A DNA stretch of 64,000 nt from Azolla caroliniana (lineage: Eukaryota; Plantae; Polypodiophyta), in the NCBI GenBank assembly GCA_043228905.1, contig JBHGNT010000009.1:3596001-3660000 (forward strand). Reading direction: 5' to 3'. Numbering within the stretch: the first letter of the stretch is position 1; each line of letters opens with the position of its first letter. Made by a program: the position numbers and the translations under genes. Shown piece by piece: positions 51,189-64,000 of the stretch. Below the pieces are notes generated by a model that worked only from the letters and a program-made list of their open reading frames with translations, was not told the DNA's origin and made no database searches.

Positions 51189-53050
51189 TTTTTTTTTCAA
51201 AACAAATCTCCTTCCATTAGTATAAATTTTTTATAGATGAGAGTGTTATATAGAAATGCCTATAGGGGCGCGATAATTCCATCTTATGTGGATGCCCACT
51301 GACTCAATAAAGGGAGAGGACGCCCATTGTTGGATGAAGGCTAGTCGTTGTCTTTCAACTCCATCGGATCCGTCCGTGAAGCCATTGTATTGGCTCTTTA
51401 GAGTGACTTCAACTTCACTCCATATCTCTTGCATTAACATTACTGGATGCACGGTTTGGTTGGAGAAGGCCCGTCTACATCACTGTTTCCATAGAGTCCA
51501 AAGAGTTATTAATGGGTTAACCACTTCCAACACAACTTGAGATTTGGCATTAATAGAAGTTGAGTGGATATTGTTGATGATGGAAAAAAAAACCTCTTGT
51601 GCTTTTACCACCAAAGTCCTCCCCTCCTAATGTTCGTACCTCTCAAATGGGGTTTGCCAAGATAACCAACATAAATTTCCCCACTGATTATGCCTTTCAC
51701 TTGGCATAATTGCAATAGGCGGCCAACCCCCCACCATAATCGATGCATCTTTAGGCAATCCCACAAGGCGTGTCGGATTGATTCTGTTGCATTTGAGCAT
51801 GCTACACAATTAGGAGAGCTAAGGTTCCCATGTTGCCACGCCTAAACCAATACTGACTTATGTATTAATAGCCATTGGAATGTGGTAATTCGCCTAACGT
51901 GTTGTTGTTTCTAGAGTTTCAGCCAAAAAGTAGCGATAGTTGCATGAGGAACATGATATGTGTCCACATACCTTTGCAATAACTGGCTTTCGGGCGGTTT
52001 GAACAACTAGAACGTGGCGACCCAATCTAGTTGTGAATTGGAAGAAAGGGATGACTTTGCTTCCTTGACCCACATAAGAATCACACCACGTCCATTGCAA
52101 AGGTCCCCAACTGACCTTACATAGCGATGCGTTTTCATGAGTACATAGGTACCATTTTGGTTGTACTTTGATCGGATCGGGATCAACAAACCATTTATGA
52201 CCAATATACGGGAGTACTCAAATTGCCATATTCAATGTTGGTGTCTCATTGTCTTGTAATTCGTGGCCTTTGATCTTATCCGGTGTTTCCCTACCTCTTG
52301 GGATCACAAAGCCCTCCTCCTCATAGCCTATCCACTTCTCCATTGTTGTCCTTCGATTAACAGCTTCCCCAAGCAATAGAGCGTTAATAATTTCATATCT
52401 CATAGTCCATCCACCCCTGGTTCCATGGAGTATATTGGCTTGATCTTGTATTGGCATTGACATAAACCGTCTCTAACATTCTATACTCTTTCCTGGACCT
52501 TGTGCAATGTATCCCCATGACAACCCCTTACTTATCCAATTAGTTGCCCATATTCATCTTTGACTGAGCCAAGTAGGTTTGGAATTAGGTTGATCACACT
52601 TGAGCCCTCGTCTTATGTCACACCATGCCTTCCACATGGATGCATTGAATCTATCCTCCAATTGCCGTGAGAAACTTGGTGTGAGATCCATGTTTAGAAT
52701 CCATTCCGTTTGGGGGGGGTTCAATTGGCCCTTTTTCATGGCTTAAAGTAAGCGAAAAGTAACTGCAGTAACATTTTCCAACGATCATCCCATGGTTGGA
52801 TTCCTCGCACCACAAATTTGGTGAGTAGGACTTTGGATTGTGAGAGGGAATCAATCAAACCCAATCCTCCTCTCGACTTAGGCGATGTGAGTGTAGGTCA
52901 TGCCACCTTGGCCCGAGTTGCATGATCTTCCTTACAAGAACAAATGTAGTTGCATACCAATTTGTGAATATGATGTATAGTTTCCTTGGAGATTGTCCAA
53001 CATGATAGGTTGTACCATGTTGTTGCGAGTAAGACTTGGTTTGCCACCTA
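51189..53050 (-). mobile_element. Degenerate L1 LINE 3' part, related to the element at 27692-33724
   Basis: Fragments EIWSEVEVTL...RLAFIQQW...WNYRAP, PFFQFTTRLGR and WKAWCDI parallel the intact ORF2 C-terminus; T-run at about 51189. Confidence 0.75.
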
Positions 53051-53234
53051 CGACCGTATTTTTGGATTATTAAAAAGTAAGTACTTCTTGTTTTAGAAAT
53101 ATATAGTTCTTTTACGGAAATGTTCATTAAAATAATCCAATATACTTCCTCCTCTTGGAATCTTGAACCTACATTGAATATTTCACACAACATTTTCTAA
53201 ATCAAGTTAAAGGATATAGATAAATCATGTGTTT

Positions 53235-53967
53235 TTTTTTCAAACAAGAATATACTCCATTAGTTAAAATATACACAAACTCGATCCCTCTCACAGGTAG
53301 GCCTTGCCTAGAATATCCTATCCTACATAAGAAATCTCACTTATTTACCTTACACTTTTATATGTGTCTCTAGCCATCCTTTCACACACATTACCTACAT
53401 TCACTATCCCACATGACATCTCTTTCACGCCCCTCGTTCAACTAATGGGAGGGGGGAACAACCATCTGGGTACTACATACTACCACTGTATATCCATTCC
53501 ATTTGTTGTGGCCATCAGTGTAGTACACCACCGCTTTCTAAAATTCGGCCTAATTAATTCTGCAACATCATCAATACCATCAATCCGCTCATATTGAGCT
53601 CTCAGTGTAGTTATTAATGTGTGCTAGATTAGCTTAATCGAATAAGCTGGAGGGCGTTTGTGTCTTGAAAATACCCTGGTACACCTTGTTGTCCATATAC
53701 ACCATATGGTAATGGGGGCAAGCAACGTCCAAAGATCTCCAAGTTTTTGATTTTGTGCACTAACTGTAGGTACACTGTTGTCAGTGATCAGTCGAACAAT
53801 GCCATTCTCCCCTCTGTACTTAGCATTGCATGTGCTATCGTATTTCGCCACATCATCCTCAAGACAATTCCAGCAAGCATATCCCCTGTTGAGGGTGAAT
53901 GAACTAGAGGCATGGCAAAGCAAACGTAGTGCCCTTCCCTATACAGCCACTACCTCGCGACATTCCC
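53235..53967 (-). mobile_element. 5'-truncated L1 LINE with 19-bp TSD
   Basis: LWTLLAPITIWCIWTTRCTRVF matches the ORF2 C-terminus (IWQLVSSITIWYIWKARCLKVF); poly-T tail; TSD ATAGATAAATCATGTGTTT at 53216-53234 and 54650-54668. Confidence 0.85.
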
Positions 53968-53972
53968 ATAGA

Positions 53973-54646
53973 CATAGATTGACATATTCACATTCGTCGG
54001 GTTTCCCATTCGAATGCAAACGAATACGAATACGAATGGGTGGTCAAGTATTCGTTTAACCCCCCCCCCCCCAAAAAAAACTCTCTTTTTTAATTTCCTA
54101 GGATAAAAAAAAGGAACTTCACAATAAATAGGGATTAATAAAAGAGGGACTTGGGGACTTGATACTACTAAATTTTTATAATAAATGTATATAACTTATA
54201 GTTATAAGTTATAAGTATTCGTTTTATTTTGAATAAATAAACAAAATAAAATAAAGGCTCATTAATTTCTCACTTTTTATTCCCTCAAAATTTATGGATA
54301 ATTTTATTTTGACATTAAAAATAGTACTTCAAACTAATTATATCTTCAAAGTTCATACTAATCATATTTGTATAATAAATATAAAAATATTCGTTTTTTT
54401 AAAAATTAATGAATTAATTGATTAATTAAAATAAGTTTCATAAACTCTCTTGACACTATAATCTATTAATGAATAATTGTTCTTTTTTTTGTGAAATAAA
54501 TTTATTTAAATAAATAAATAATTTTTTTATATTTATTTTGCGAAACGAATGGTTTTTTAATATTCTTGGGGCGATTTCGTATTCTCGAATATTGAGAATA
54601 TTGCGCATGGAGAATATCATGAATATCACGCATGTGTCAATCTATG
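53973..54646. mobile_element. hAT-type MITE / non-autonomous DNA transposon
   Basis: TIRs CATAGATTGACA / TGTCAATCTATG; 8-bp TSD CCCATAGA at 53965-53972 and 54647-54654; subterminal (A)TTCG/CGAAT motifs; very AT-rich interior. Confidence 0.9.
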
Positions 54647-55510
54647 CCCATAGATAAATCATGTGTTTGTCCAATCACAAGTCTCATTTTAGGGAACCTG
54701 TAATCCCATTGGGCATAGGATGAAGCAAACAATTCTTCTCCTTTCTTGTTTTGCCCCAATATTTTGTGCATACGAGATATGCGAAAAAGCCAAAATAAAC
54801 TTTAATTGGAAGATAGAAGAGAGAGCGTTTTGTTTTAAGTAGTTGTATATGCTGAGAGAGACGATGGTCTAATTTTTTGTAAGCCCATCACCTTGTTGTT
54901 TCATGTGATCAAGGCATGTTGGTGTTCTTGACTGATGCTACGAGCTAAGCTATTCATTTGGAGAGTGATGGTTGGAGCTTTACCATTTGGGGATGCATTA
55001 GGCATCTATTTCTTTCATGCCCGATGGCTAGGATGGTTTGAAGGTGTACCAATTTACTGTGGATGTCTCTAACTGGAGTAAGACTATCTTCCTTCAGTTG
55101 GGATTTTGCACATATGGAGAACAATGAACCGATGCCTCATTTCCATTTATTTTTGAGTTTTTGAGGTATTGGGGGCTATGGTTCAATTAGAATATCCAGA
55201 ATGCCATCACTTTTGATTTGCAGTTGGGGTGAGAAAATATATTGTTGAGGTAAAAGGACTTCTTTTGTGGCAATTGACAATGCTAGAGAAGTCACGAGAG
55301 AGAGAACTCTGCAATGTAACATATCATCATATTTGCCATTTGACTTGGTGTGTAGGGTGGGATCGAGTTTGTCGTCATAGTAGTATTTAGCTCCCTAGAA
55401 GGGTTCTATAGTTTGTAGTAAGTTAGTCATGGTGGTGTTTTTTCTTTCGTAATGAAAGTTGTTATTTATGAGAGAGAGAGACAGAGAGAGACAGAGAGAG
55501 ACCTTAGATG

Positions 55511-55707
55511 GATGTAGCTCAGTTGGTAAGGTTGCCCAATGAAGACTAGGTGGTCATGGGTTCAACCCCTACATTCCATAGTGGCATCTAGTGAAATAGG
55601 AGATATCTATGGAATAATAGAGAGAGGTGAGAAACTTTGGTTTCGAACCCAAGATGTAGTGTAAACGATCTACCACTAGGGTGAGCTAATTATAAAAAAA
55701 AAAAAAA
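55511..55707 (+). mobile_element. tRNA-derived SINE (most complete copy)
   Basis: A box TAGCTCAGTTGG (55515), B box GGTTCAACCCC (55559), unique body and poly(A) tail; homologous to 19557-19735. Confidence 0.85.
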
Positions 55708-56492
55708 GAAGAAAAAAGAAGAGATTGCCATTGTCAAGGAAATGTTATAGTAGTGAAGACAAATCTTCATTATTCTTGTCACTTATTGTTGCCTCAATCT
55801 TGACATTTACAACTTAAAAACATTGTTAATGCTTTAATTGAATAAGACCACTCTACAAGCAACATAGTAAATATGTCCCTTTCCTGAAGTGTGGAAACTT
55901 TTGAAAGAATAACAGTAACTTAGTGACAAAGAAAACATAATGTATGATAAGTTATAACAATGATACATCTTTGATAGCACTTAGGATCATTGTGACTATT
56001 TGTCATTGTTAAAAAATGATGCTTTGACACGTATGTATGACGGCTTAGTGCTAGAAGTACACTTTCATGATATTCAAATTTGCCAAAAATCAATGTTATG
56101 CCAATTCAATCTAATATATTGAGTGAACCGGTGCAAAATGTGAACTATGCCAATTCAATGTGAACCGGTGCAAAATGTGTTCATATCTACTCACATATAA
56201 ATATCCACTTGTAGAGAATATAGATAATGAAGATCATAACTTGTTGAACTATGTATATGACATGTAAATAACATTTGTGAAGGTTATACCTCAATAACTC
56301 TAATGCAAATAAGTAGAATACGAAAATGTTTAGTGTCCACAAAGAGGTCAATCTTGATGCATGGAACTTCTTTATGTGTGTTGTTTTGGAGATAGATAGA
56401 TAGCTTTTAATATTGACCTCTAGTACACTATTCTTTATGTGTCTTCTTCTTAAGAAGGGAAGTTTATGCTTTAGAGATAAGTAGATATATAT

Positions 56493-56538
<46 letters not shown>

Positions 56539-56542
<4 letters not shown>

Positions 56543-56960
56543 TCACTTGGTAAGGTTTTTCGGTGGAGACCAAAAGGTCGTGCATTCAACCCCTATATTC
56601 CACAATGGCATCTAGTAAATTAAGAAAATATGTAAGAGATGTAGGTAACTTGGTCAGGTTGTTTTGTGGAGACAACATTTGACAGTGGCATCTAGTAATT
56701 AAAAAAATACTTGAGGGGCTTAGTTGGTAAGGTTGTCTAGCTGAGACAAGAATGCCATGCATTCAACCATGTGGTTATTTGGTGGAGACCACATTCCATA
56801 GGTGGCATCTCGTAATTTAAGTATGTGATAGGCTTAGTTGGTAATGTTGTCCAACAAGCAAAAGTTCAAGTGTTCAACCCCTACATTCCATGTAACATCA
56901 AATAAATTAAGAAAATATGAAATGATAGAGAAGTGAGGAATTCGGGTCTCAAAGCCATGA
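56539..56960 (+). mobile_element. Cluster of about 4 tandem degenerate SINE heads following a (GA)n run
   Basis: Repeated GCTYAGTTGGTAAGG...TTCAACCCC...GTGGCATCT segments at about 56540, 56645, 56718 and 56832. Confidence 0.7.
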
Positions 56961-58630
56961 CTTGGGTCTAGCAGTTTTATGACTAGTTTTATTACGTGTG
57001 GTCCAACACCCTATCTCATAATGAAGTGAGCACCATGGGAGGTTTAAACTTCTCTTTCAAGAGGAGCATGTTTCTAATCACAATCGATATAAATGTAAAA
57101 AGTTTTCTTGTCCATTCCTTGGTTTTTCAATTCTGCTCGAATTGTTGAGTGAGAGATCGAGATTGTGAGCAGTTTATCAAAGTAGTTCACATTGTAAGAA
57201 TTGATGGGGATGAAGACTATTTCCTGTTTTGTTTGGCTTTATACATTGTTTTATTGCATGATATAATGTATTCTCTAATAACAGTGTATGTAAAGATGCA
57301 TTACGATTTGGGAAGAAATCACCCAAACTATCCTAATGAATTACAAAGAAGGTTGTTTTAGCACATGAAACAGTAATAGGCTGACTAAAGCATTAAATGA
57401 GCTCATGAGGTAGCACCATCAACCAACCATGGCTTAGGACAAATGGTAAGCCAACTACATTCTATCACCTTAGAAGAATATCCAACCATTCTTTCTAAAT
57501 TATTCTATATAAAAATCCCCAAAGGCTCAGAGAGAAGCAATTTCCCTACAACATGGCACAACCCACATCACTTTGATACTGTTTACCAAACATGAATTGT
57601 TCCAAGATAGTACTTGTTATTCAGTTTTTTTGAATTGATATTGACTTGATTTCAGAAAAAGCCTATCCAATATGATGATGTGATGCACAATACAACTGCA
57701 CTTGAATAGCTATCAAGCTTGACCTGGACAATTGTTATCAGCAAAACATGCTGTGTACCATAGTGCCCAAATACAAACAAAATCTTTCTTTGTGGCATAA
57801 TTTCATTTTCATATTTCTTTTATGTTCTCATTTAAGATAAGTAGAATAACTACTAAATTGTTAAACCAATGATAATTGGAGCCAGGCATCAATGTGAACG
57901 AAAAGACACGTAATCAGCAAACAAAAATACAAATTTCCAATCGTTAGAACCGGAAAAAATACACATTTACATGAAATCACATAGAAAAACATAGAAATGA
58001 TTGAAGTAGCCTCTGAGAACCCACAGTTCAACACACATATCTAACACAGACTATAATGTACATGTGATCTTACATCAGAAATCTCACTACTGCATACCAG
58101 AAATGTGATTGAAATCAGGAACAAATCCAAGTCACACAGGTTCCCAGTCAGAAACATGCCAAGTGGTTTTAACTCCTTTTTAAGTACACCATTTCTATTC
58201 ATATCCTTACTATGTAGTTGTGACAAGTTCAGAAGTGCATGGAGACAATACAAGCAAATCTCACTGGATGAACATGCAATATATAGTTCGTAGATAATCC
58301 TTAGATATATTACAAAATAAAATCAGCTACCTACTGACTGTATAAATGAGAACCAAGTACACAAGGCTAACAATCAGATTCAATAAAAGACCACTATTCA
58401 TACAAGATGGATTGTTTAAAGCTGAAGAAGTAGATGCAATATAAAAGGCATTTAACAGATTTCTGCTATTCTATTTCATGACACGAAGTGATGAAGAAGC
58501 ATTTACATATTTAACAGAAGCCGGAAAAACAGAGTGAATCGAAATATAGCTGTAAGCTCAAGAGAGATCTGAAAACTCAATCTTCTCTGCTAAAATCTCA
58601 TCCAAGTCTTTCCAGAGTGCAGTGACAGTA

Positions 58631-60702
58631 TCACTCGAATGCCCACTGGTTTTCACGTCTAACTTCCTCCTCTTCCTCAGGAGTGAAATCATTCTTTATG
58701 TTGAATGTCTTCCTTATCTCTTCAGGTGTCCTACCTTTAATCATATCAGCAACTGTCTGACAAGTGAGATCAAGAAGGCTTTTGATGTTTAGGTAGTTGG
58801 CAGCCTGAATTAACATTTTCAAATCAGAAAATCAGAAAAATATCAACTGCTGCTCTTAAGGATTACCCAAACCATAATGCACTGAAATGAATATCTCAAG
58901 CTACTTTATTGATTGTACACTTTACTAGTAGAATCTTCTACAATAATACCATCTTATACATGAACATAAGAAAACAACTCCCACGACATCTCGTAAAGAA
59001 ATCATTCTACAGATCTGGATACAGAGATAAGATAACAGCAAACTATCTTATCCTTTGTGTGCAAATGCATGGAACTTTGTTTCCTTGTTCTATTATCCCA
59101 GAAGGACTCTTCCCTATTGATTCATGCTAAACATTATGACAGGCATAATTACAAATAGCAAATAGTGGATCTAAATTTCTTTATGCTCTCAATCATAACA
59201 TTAAGCTACTATTCAACAGTAAAATTGAATATGCACATGATAGTCAATATCCACCATTTCCTATATATGATCTCGGAAGCTAAAAACTGAAGTCCGTAGC
59301 TATCCTTTCTTACAGTCTATCTGGGATTGGCAAAGTCTATAATAACCCTACTATTGATGTATGCACAGTATCCAATAATAATAGTTTATCTACGTTGCAT
59401 TATGCTCTCAAATGAAGCATTTAAGGATGTAAAAACCAGACGAATTGAAACTACCTATGATAGTCCATATCCATCATTGGTTCATCAACTTTGATGATAA
59501 CGAATGGAGTTCATAGCTATAATCCATTTTCACATTGTGCATGAAATTAAATAAAAGTAGGCAAGAAATTTGAGCATCATACATGATTTTCAGACACATT
59601 TTCTTGTGCAAGAAAATAGCACATGCAATGATCCATATGCGTAATAAAATCAGCAGCTAGGAGATAGCAATCAATAGCTCTTTCTCATAAACCTAGTAAG
59701 CCTTCTCATATGGCAACAAGACTCCATATTCTGAAGTCATGTTGACTTCCACGAGTTTGAAAATTACAATTTCTGTTTCGGTCCAAATCCACACATAGGA
59801 CGGCAATGCTTATGACCACATTGCATGCAAATCCCTGGCCCTGCCGACCTTGTTTACTCCAGTGAGGTTCTCGGCACCACTGATGCTCTGGCCAAACAAT
59901 GTTGCCTTGCCCGAGTACAAGATATCTCAGGGAGCAGTGATAAAATTTAATTAAATTAAAGAGAATAAACTAATTATTAAATAATTTCATAAAAGAAGAA
60001 GCGAAATAACATCTCATGGTAGCATATCACCATAGCATATCACCATCCTAATATCAAACAAGAACAAAATAAAATTTAAATAGCATGGTTGGATGTAATC
60101 AAAAGAGGAACATTTAATCTTTGAGATATACGGAGTGTGACATCACAAAGGAGTAGAAGTTTGAGCTTAAGATTCAAGATTCGGAGACACCTTACGATTT
60201 GACAAATGAACAAAATCAAAAGTAATGATTGGAAATTTAGGACATACAAAGATGAAATCAAACAGCAAGCACGTTAAGCGAAAAGATATGGGGCACGCCA
60301 GGATACGATCAAGCACAAGCAGAGTTAAAGAAGAGAAAGAAAGAAAGAGGAGATTATACGGGAACAAAATAAAAGAAAAAGTTTTGAAGGACATACGAGG
60401 ATAAGGTCGAATAGCGTGGCTTGATCAACCTTGACAAAACCCGCATCCCATGCCTTTATTTCATCATCAGAGAGAGCAGGTTTATCATCTCCAGCCTTAG
60501 AAGCCTCGAGGGCGTGGAAACGACAGTAGACGATGACTTTGGACAAGATCTTGCTTGAGACGTTGAGGAGAGGGATAACGCATTCAGTACCTGTGTCCTC
60601 CACCATGTCTTTGATGGTCTGGGACTCAAACGCCACGATTTCCTCGACCTCGAAGAGTTCATCGTCGGAGGCTTTCAGCTTCACTTTGCTGTCCTTGGAC
60701 AT
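58631..60702 (-). CDS. SKP1: SKP1 (SCF ubiquitin ligase adaptor), 159 aa
   Basis: Exons 60702-60397 and 58804-58631; [11 protein letters not shown]|[57 protein letters not shown]. Confidence 0.98.
59771..59937 (-). ncRNA. Candidate intronic box H/ACA snoRNA/scaRNA
   Basis: Hairpin1 (TGCTCC...GGAGTA), H box AAACAA (59855-59850), hairpin2 (GGTC...GACC, GCAATG/CATTGC), then ACA (59776-59774). GC-rich island in an AT-rich intron, on the host-sense strand. Confidence 0.7.
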
Positions 60703-60713
60703 GGCGAGAGATG

Positions 60714-60735
60714 GGGTTAGGGTTAGGGTTAGGGT
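60714..60735 (-). promoter_or_regulatory. (CCCTAA)3 telo-box-like repeat in the SKP1 5'UTR
   Basis: GGGTTAGGGTTAGGGTTAGGGT lies just upstream of the ATG; telo-boxes are common near the TSS of plant housekeeping genes. Confidence 0.55.
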
Positions 60736-62859
60736 CTGCGGGATATCTAATACATTCTGCCTAATTGTTTTAGTAGAAGTAATGAACGTCTGTGTATCGA
60801 AACAACACAACACACACAAAAATGAAGACACGGCTCGGCTCGGCTCAAGCCTACTCCGAGCCGTCAAACCGTTTTTAAACGGTTTGGCAACTCCTCCACC
60901 AACAACAAACCTAAGCCTAGCTCCGAATGTCAACTATGTAACTCGTCCACAGGACAAACCTAAGCATGTCATAAGCAAACTAAGCAACTCATCCACAAAC
61001 AATAACTCTTAAGACTCGTTTACATATAAACGTACATTGCTCGTCCAGTGAGTACAATATGCTGCCATAGAGATCAACGACAATCACTGCCCATTCGATC
61101 TTCCTTCCTGCCTATGTGCTTGTTTGTGGTACCCCGTGGAGGCAAGAGAATGAGGAACTTCGTTTCTCAGACCATAGATGTATCGTTGACCCCAATTTCT
61201 AAGATAATTGGACACAACCTTCATTCAAAATGAAAGCTCCTTGAGGGCAAAGAAACTCTTAACGGATGAAATATGACATTGTCCATCCTATGTCCAACAA
61301 TCAATGTCGTCCTGCTATCTTCACTACAATCAAAACTCCTTCTTCTTTAAACAAAACAGATCCATAAGAATACGAAATTCAGATAATGATTGACAAATAT
61401 GAACATAACCAATAAATATATTAAACTTGGGCCACAATATCTAAATTAGCATTTTGCACAATTACAAACCCAAGCTTTATGTAGGACTTGTGAGGACATG
61501 GTAGAGAATTACTACACAATATGCACTCTCACAATTTCCACAAGACCAATCTCCACATCATAGACAATATATATATTTTAGTGGATGGTACAATCAATCC
61601 AATGATTTATTTGTGACCATGGTAACAATGGCAAAAATAAACCATTTGAATCATTATTACTTATACCAATTTAAGTTCAATAGCCAAAAATTTATCCAAC
61701 TACTTGTACTTGATGTCCAAGTAAAATTTTGAGAGGGCAAGATATCAATAACACCAATAAGGTAACCTAAGTGGTGACAAACATGACCTTGTTTTGACAT
61801 TTGGCTATGCCATCCAAGATCTACTAGATCCCTTCCAACACATCATAAGCGTAGACTTACGCATATTAATGTTTAACATTATCACCACGACCAATACATT
61901 CCATAGATCCATGGATTTCGTTACATTATCGAATAATCCTTTTATGAAGTAATCATTGATCCTTGCCAACGCTCCAATTATCAATTGTTTTAATGACAAG
62001 AGAGAAAGTGTTATGTGCATAACCATAATTGATCATGAGATAGGTTTTTTGTAGTTTCCCCTAATCTTATGATGAATACATATGGGTTAATTCCGAAATG
62101 AACGAGGTTATGAGTAGAATTACAATTCTACAATGAGAGATAAACTATTAAGTGTGTCATCACTGGACAACTTCACATGAAGTGTGAACACCCTTGGGCC
62201 TAGCGTTTTTGCCTATATAAGAAGCCTTACTACCTTCTTCTAAGGGGAGGCTTGACTTATGTCGAGACTATGTCAATGTGGCTATAAGATGTCACAAACA
62301 TCTACACTTACTACCAATGGGCCTCCATTTGAGGGAGGTATGAATCCACAAGGTCGACTAACCCCGCCTCCTAGATAAATCACCACAAGGTTTTCATTGA
62401 GATTATATTCAACCCTGAAAGAACCAACACATGATTGTGTAGAAGATGCGAGTGTGTCTGTATTATTTTTGCACCTAGTAGATCTAAGGTCGTGCTAATC
62501 GTTAGTTTAATTATGATATCTAACAAACCTTTTGCATGTCCTAACCAACTAAAAACAAGATAGGACAAAAAATTATCGACCACTGAATGACACTAAACTT
62601 TACCTCAAAAATACAAACCGTTCACCACCCTCTTCTTTTGGCATCATTCCGGTGCCGTTATTACCTGGAGCAATTAGGCATAAAATCCTCAACATCATAT
62701 CCTACACGTTATAGATATGAGGCCGTGCCAACCATCGGTTGGTTATGACATCTGACACGCCTTTTGTACGTCCTACCTAACAAAAACAACAAAAGTCAAG
62801 AAATTATCGACCACTAAAATGACACTAAACTTTTCCTCAAAATACAAACCTTTCACCAC

Positions 62860-63620
62860 CCTCGTCTTCTGGCGTTTTTTGGTGCCATTATTAAATTGAG
62901 ACCTATTACATAGACAATTGGGGATAAAATCCTCAACATCATATCCTATCATGTTGTTAGAAACACTTGCTTGGCCCATAGAGGTACCATCCATGCAAAG
63001 AGTATACAATTATATTGCAAAAGTCAAGATTATGCATGATCATAAATTGCCCAAACAAGCTTGGAACATAGGATGTGTAAGGTATAAAAAACTAATAAGA
63101 ACAAAATCCTCTCATATGCCTAGGTGCTTGACATTATGAAATGGTTTAAGAGATAGGGGAGTAAAAGATCTATTGGAGCTCCTAGGTGATGCTATGAAGT
63201 ATGTGATAGAGGATAGATTGCTAGTGGCATTAAGGATGAAGTTGCAAGATGCTAAAATGTCAAAATTGGATATTACATTGCAAATATTAACCCCTAATAT
63301 TGGTTCCGATACAAAGGGGAAAATGCGAGAACATATACAATCACATCTCACTACCTCCATGAGCCTTATCTCTTAAAGCGCCTTAATGCTTCTTTGAACT
63401 CTCTCACATAAGTTAGGTGTTGAGGTAGCATCATGGAATCATCATGTAACATGAAGATATGCAAGGTATGCAATGAAAATTTAGTGGCAGACGAATTCAT
63501 GAGAATATCATGACATGTTAGATGGGCATAATAATGTGAGTGTCCTATTCAAATTTCCACCAAGAAGGGGGAGCATATATGTGAATGCATGCATTATTTT
63601 CATATTGAGAGTTTTTGCTA
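62860..63620 (+). mobile_element. Degenerate non-L1 LINE 3' fragment (RTE/L2-like C-terminus)
   Basis: GIKSSTSYPIMLLET...HKLPKQAW and broken 'SHKLGVE...CKVC...DEF' motifs; about 62540-62700 is a diverged duplicate of about 62775-62945. Confidence 0.55.
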
Positions 63621-64000
63621 TAGAGTAGTAATTCCCCTTCTTAGGAAAGAGTTAAGTGCAAGATGATATGTTGATTTGGTCCCGTAGGTCAAATTTGGCC
63701 TCATCATGGACAATAAAATATCTATTCTATGCTCTATAATAAGTCTTGAATGTATCCCCATACCATTTCATAGAAGGGGAGATCTCCAGTGCGACTTAAT
63801 AATGTGGCACTCAACACTTAGATTATTTGGTACTTACATGACTTTGGCTTTCACATTTCCAAGTCAGATAACTCCCTCTATGTACTAGCCAACTCTCACA
63901 TTACTTACTACTTGTTGTGACTTAGAGAGAGAGAGAGAGAGAATTGAGGGATGAGCTCATAGATAATCAATGCCAATCCCATTTGTTTTTTCAAGTGTTA

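Noticed and set aside
55511-55585. tRNA gene
   Set aside because: A and B boxes are present but there is no proper cloverleaf; it continues into a shared body and poly(A), so it is a SINE.
60325-61012. 202-aa extended SKP1 N-terminus and 159-aa plus-strand ORF
   Set aside because: SKP1 homology starts at the ATG at 60702; the extension is UTR/promoter sequence and the plus-strand ORF is antisense.

Overview
Eukaryotic, AT-rich, intron-containing plant nuclear DNA. A seed-free plant such as a fern is inferred from the long PLS-type PPR gene, the bacterial-type VOC gene and the TE-filled introns; this is not proven. Eight protein-coding genes could be spliced by hand: a divergent IGPS-like gene (runs off the left edge), a VOC/glyoxalase-family gene, a PLS-E PPR gene, an 11-exon TcdA/ThiF-family gene, an NTF2/SnoaL-like gene, an OB-fold gene, an N-acylated acidic disordered protein and SKP1. 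Mobile DNA includes a near-intact L1 LINE with a 16-bp TSD and one premature stop, several decayed LINEs, a hAT MITE, a tRNA-derived SINE family and a plastid 23S rRNA insertion. The most striking structure lies in the 7.2-kb last intron of the TcdA gene. It is a 1.72-kb palindrome made of two copia 5' ends (LTR+PBS+gag start) joined tail-to-tail and nested inside an older fold-back, making it a candidate hairpin-siRNA 'transposon killer' locus. Candidate unannotated ncRNAs are an H/ACA sno/scaRNA in the SKP1 intron and a G:U-rich pre-miRNA-like hairpin antisense to a TcdA intron. No prokaryotic system or CRISPR array is present. All identities are by eye; no database searches were run.
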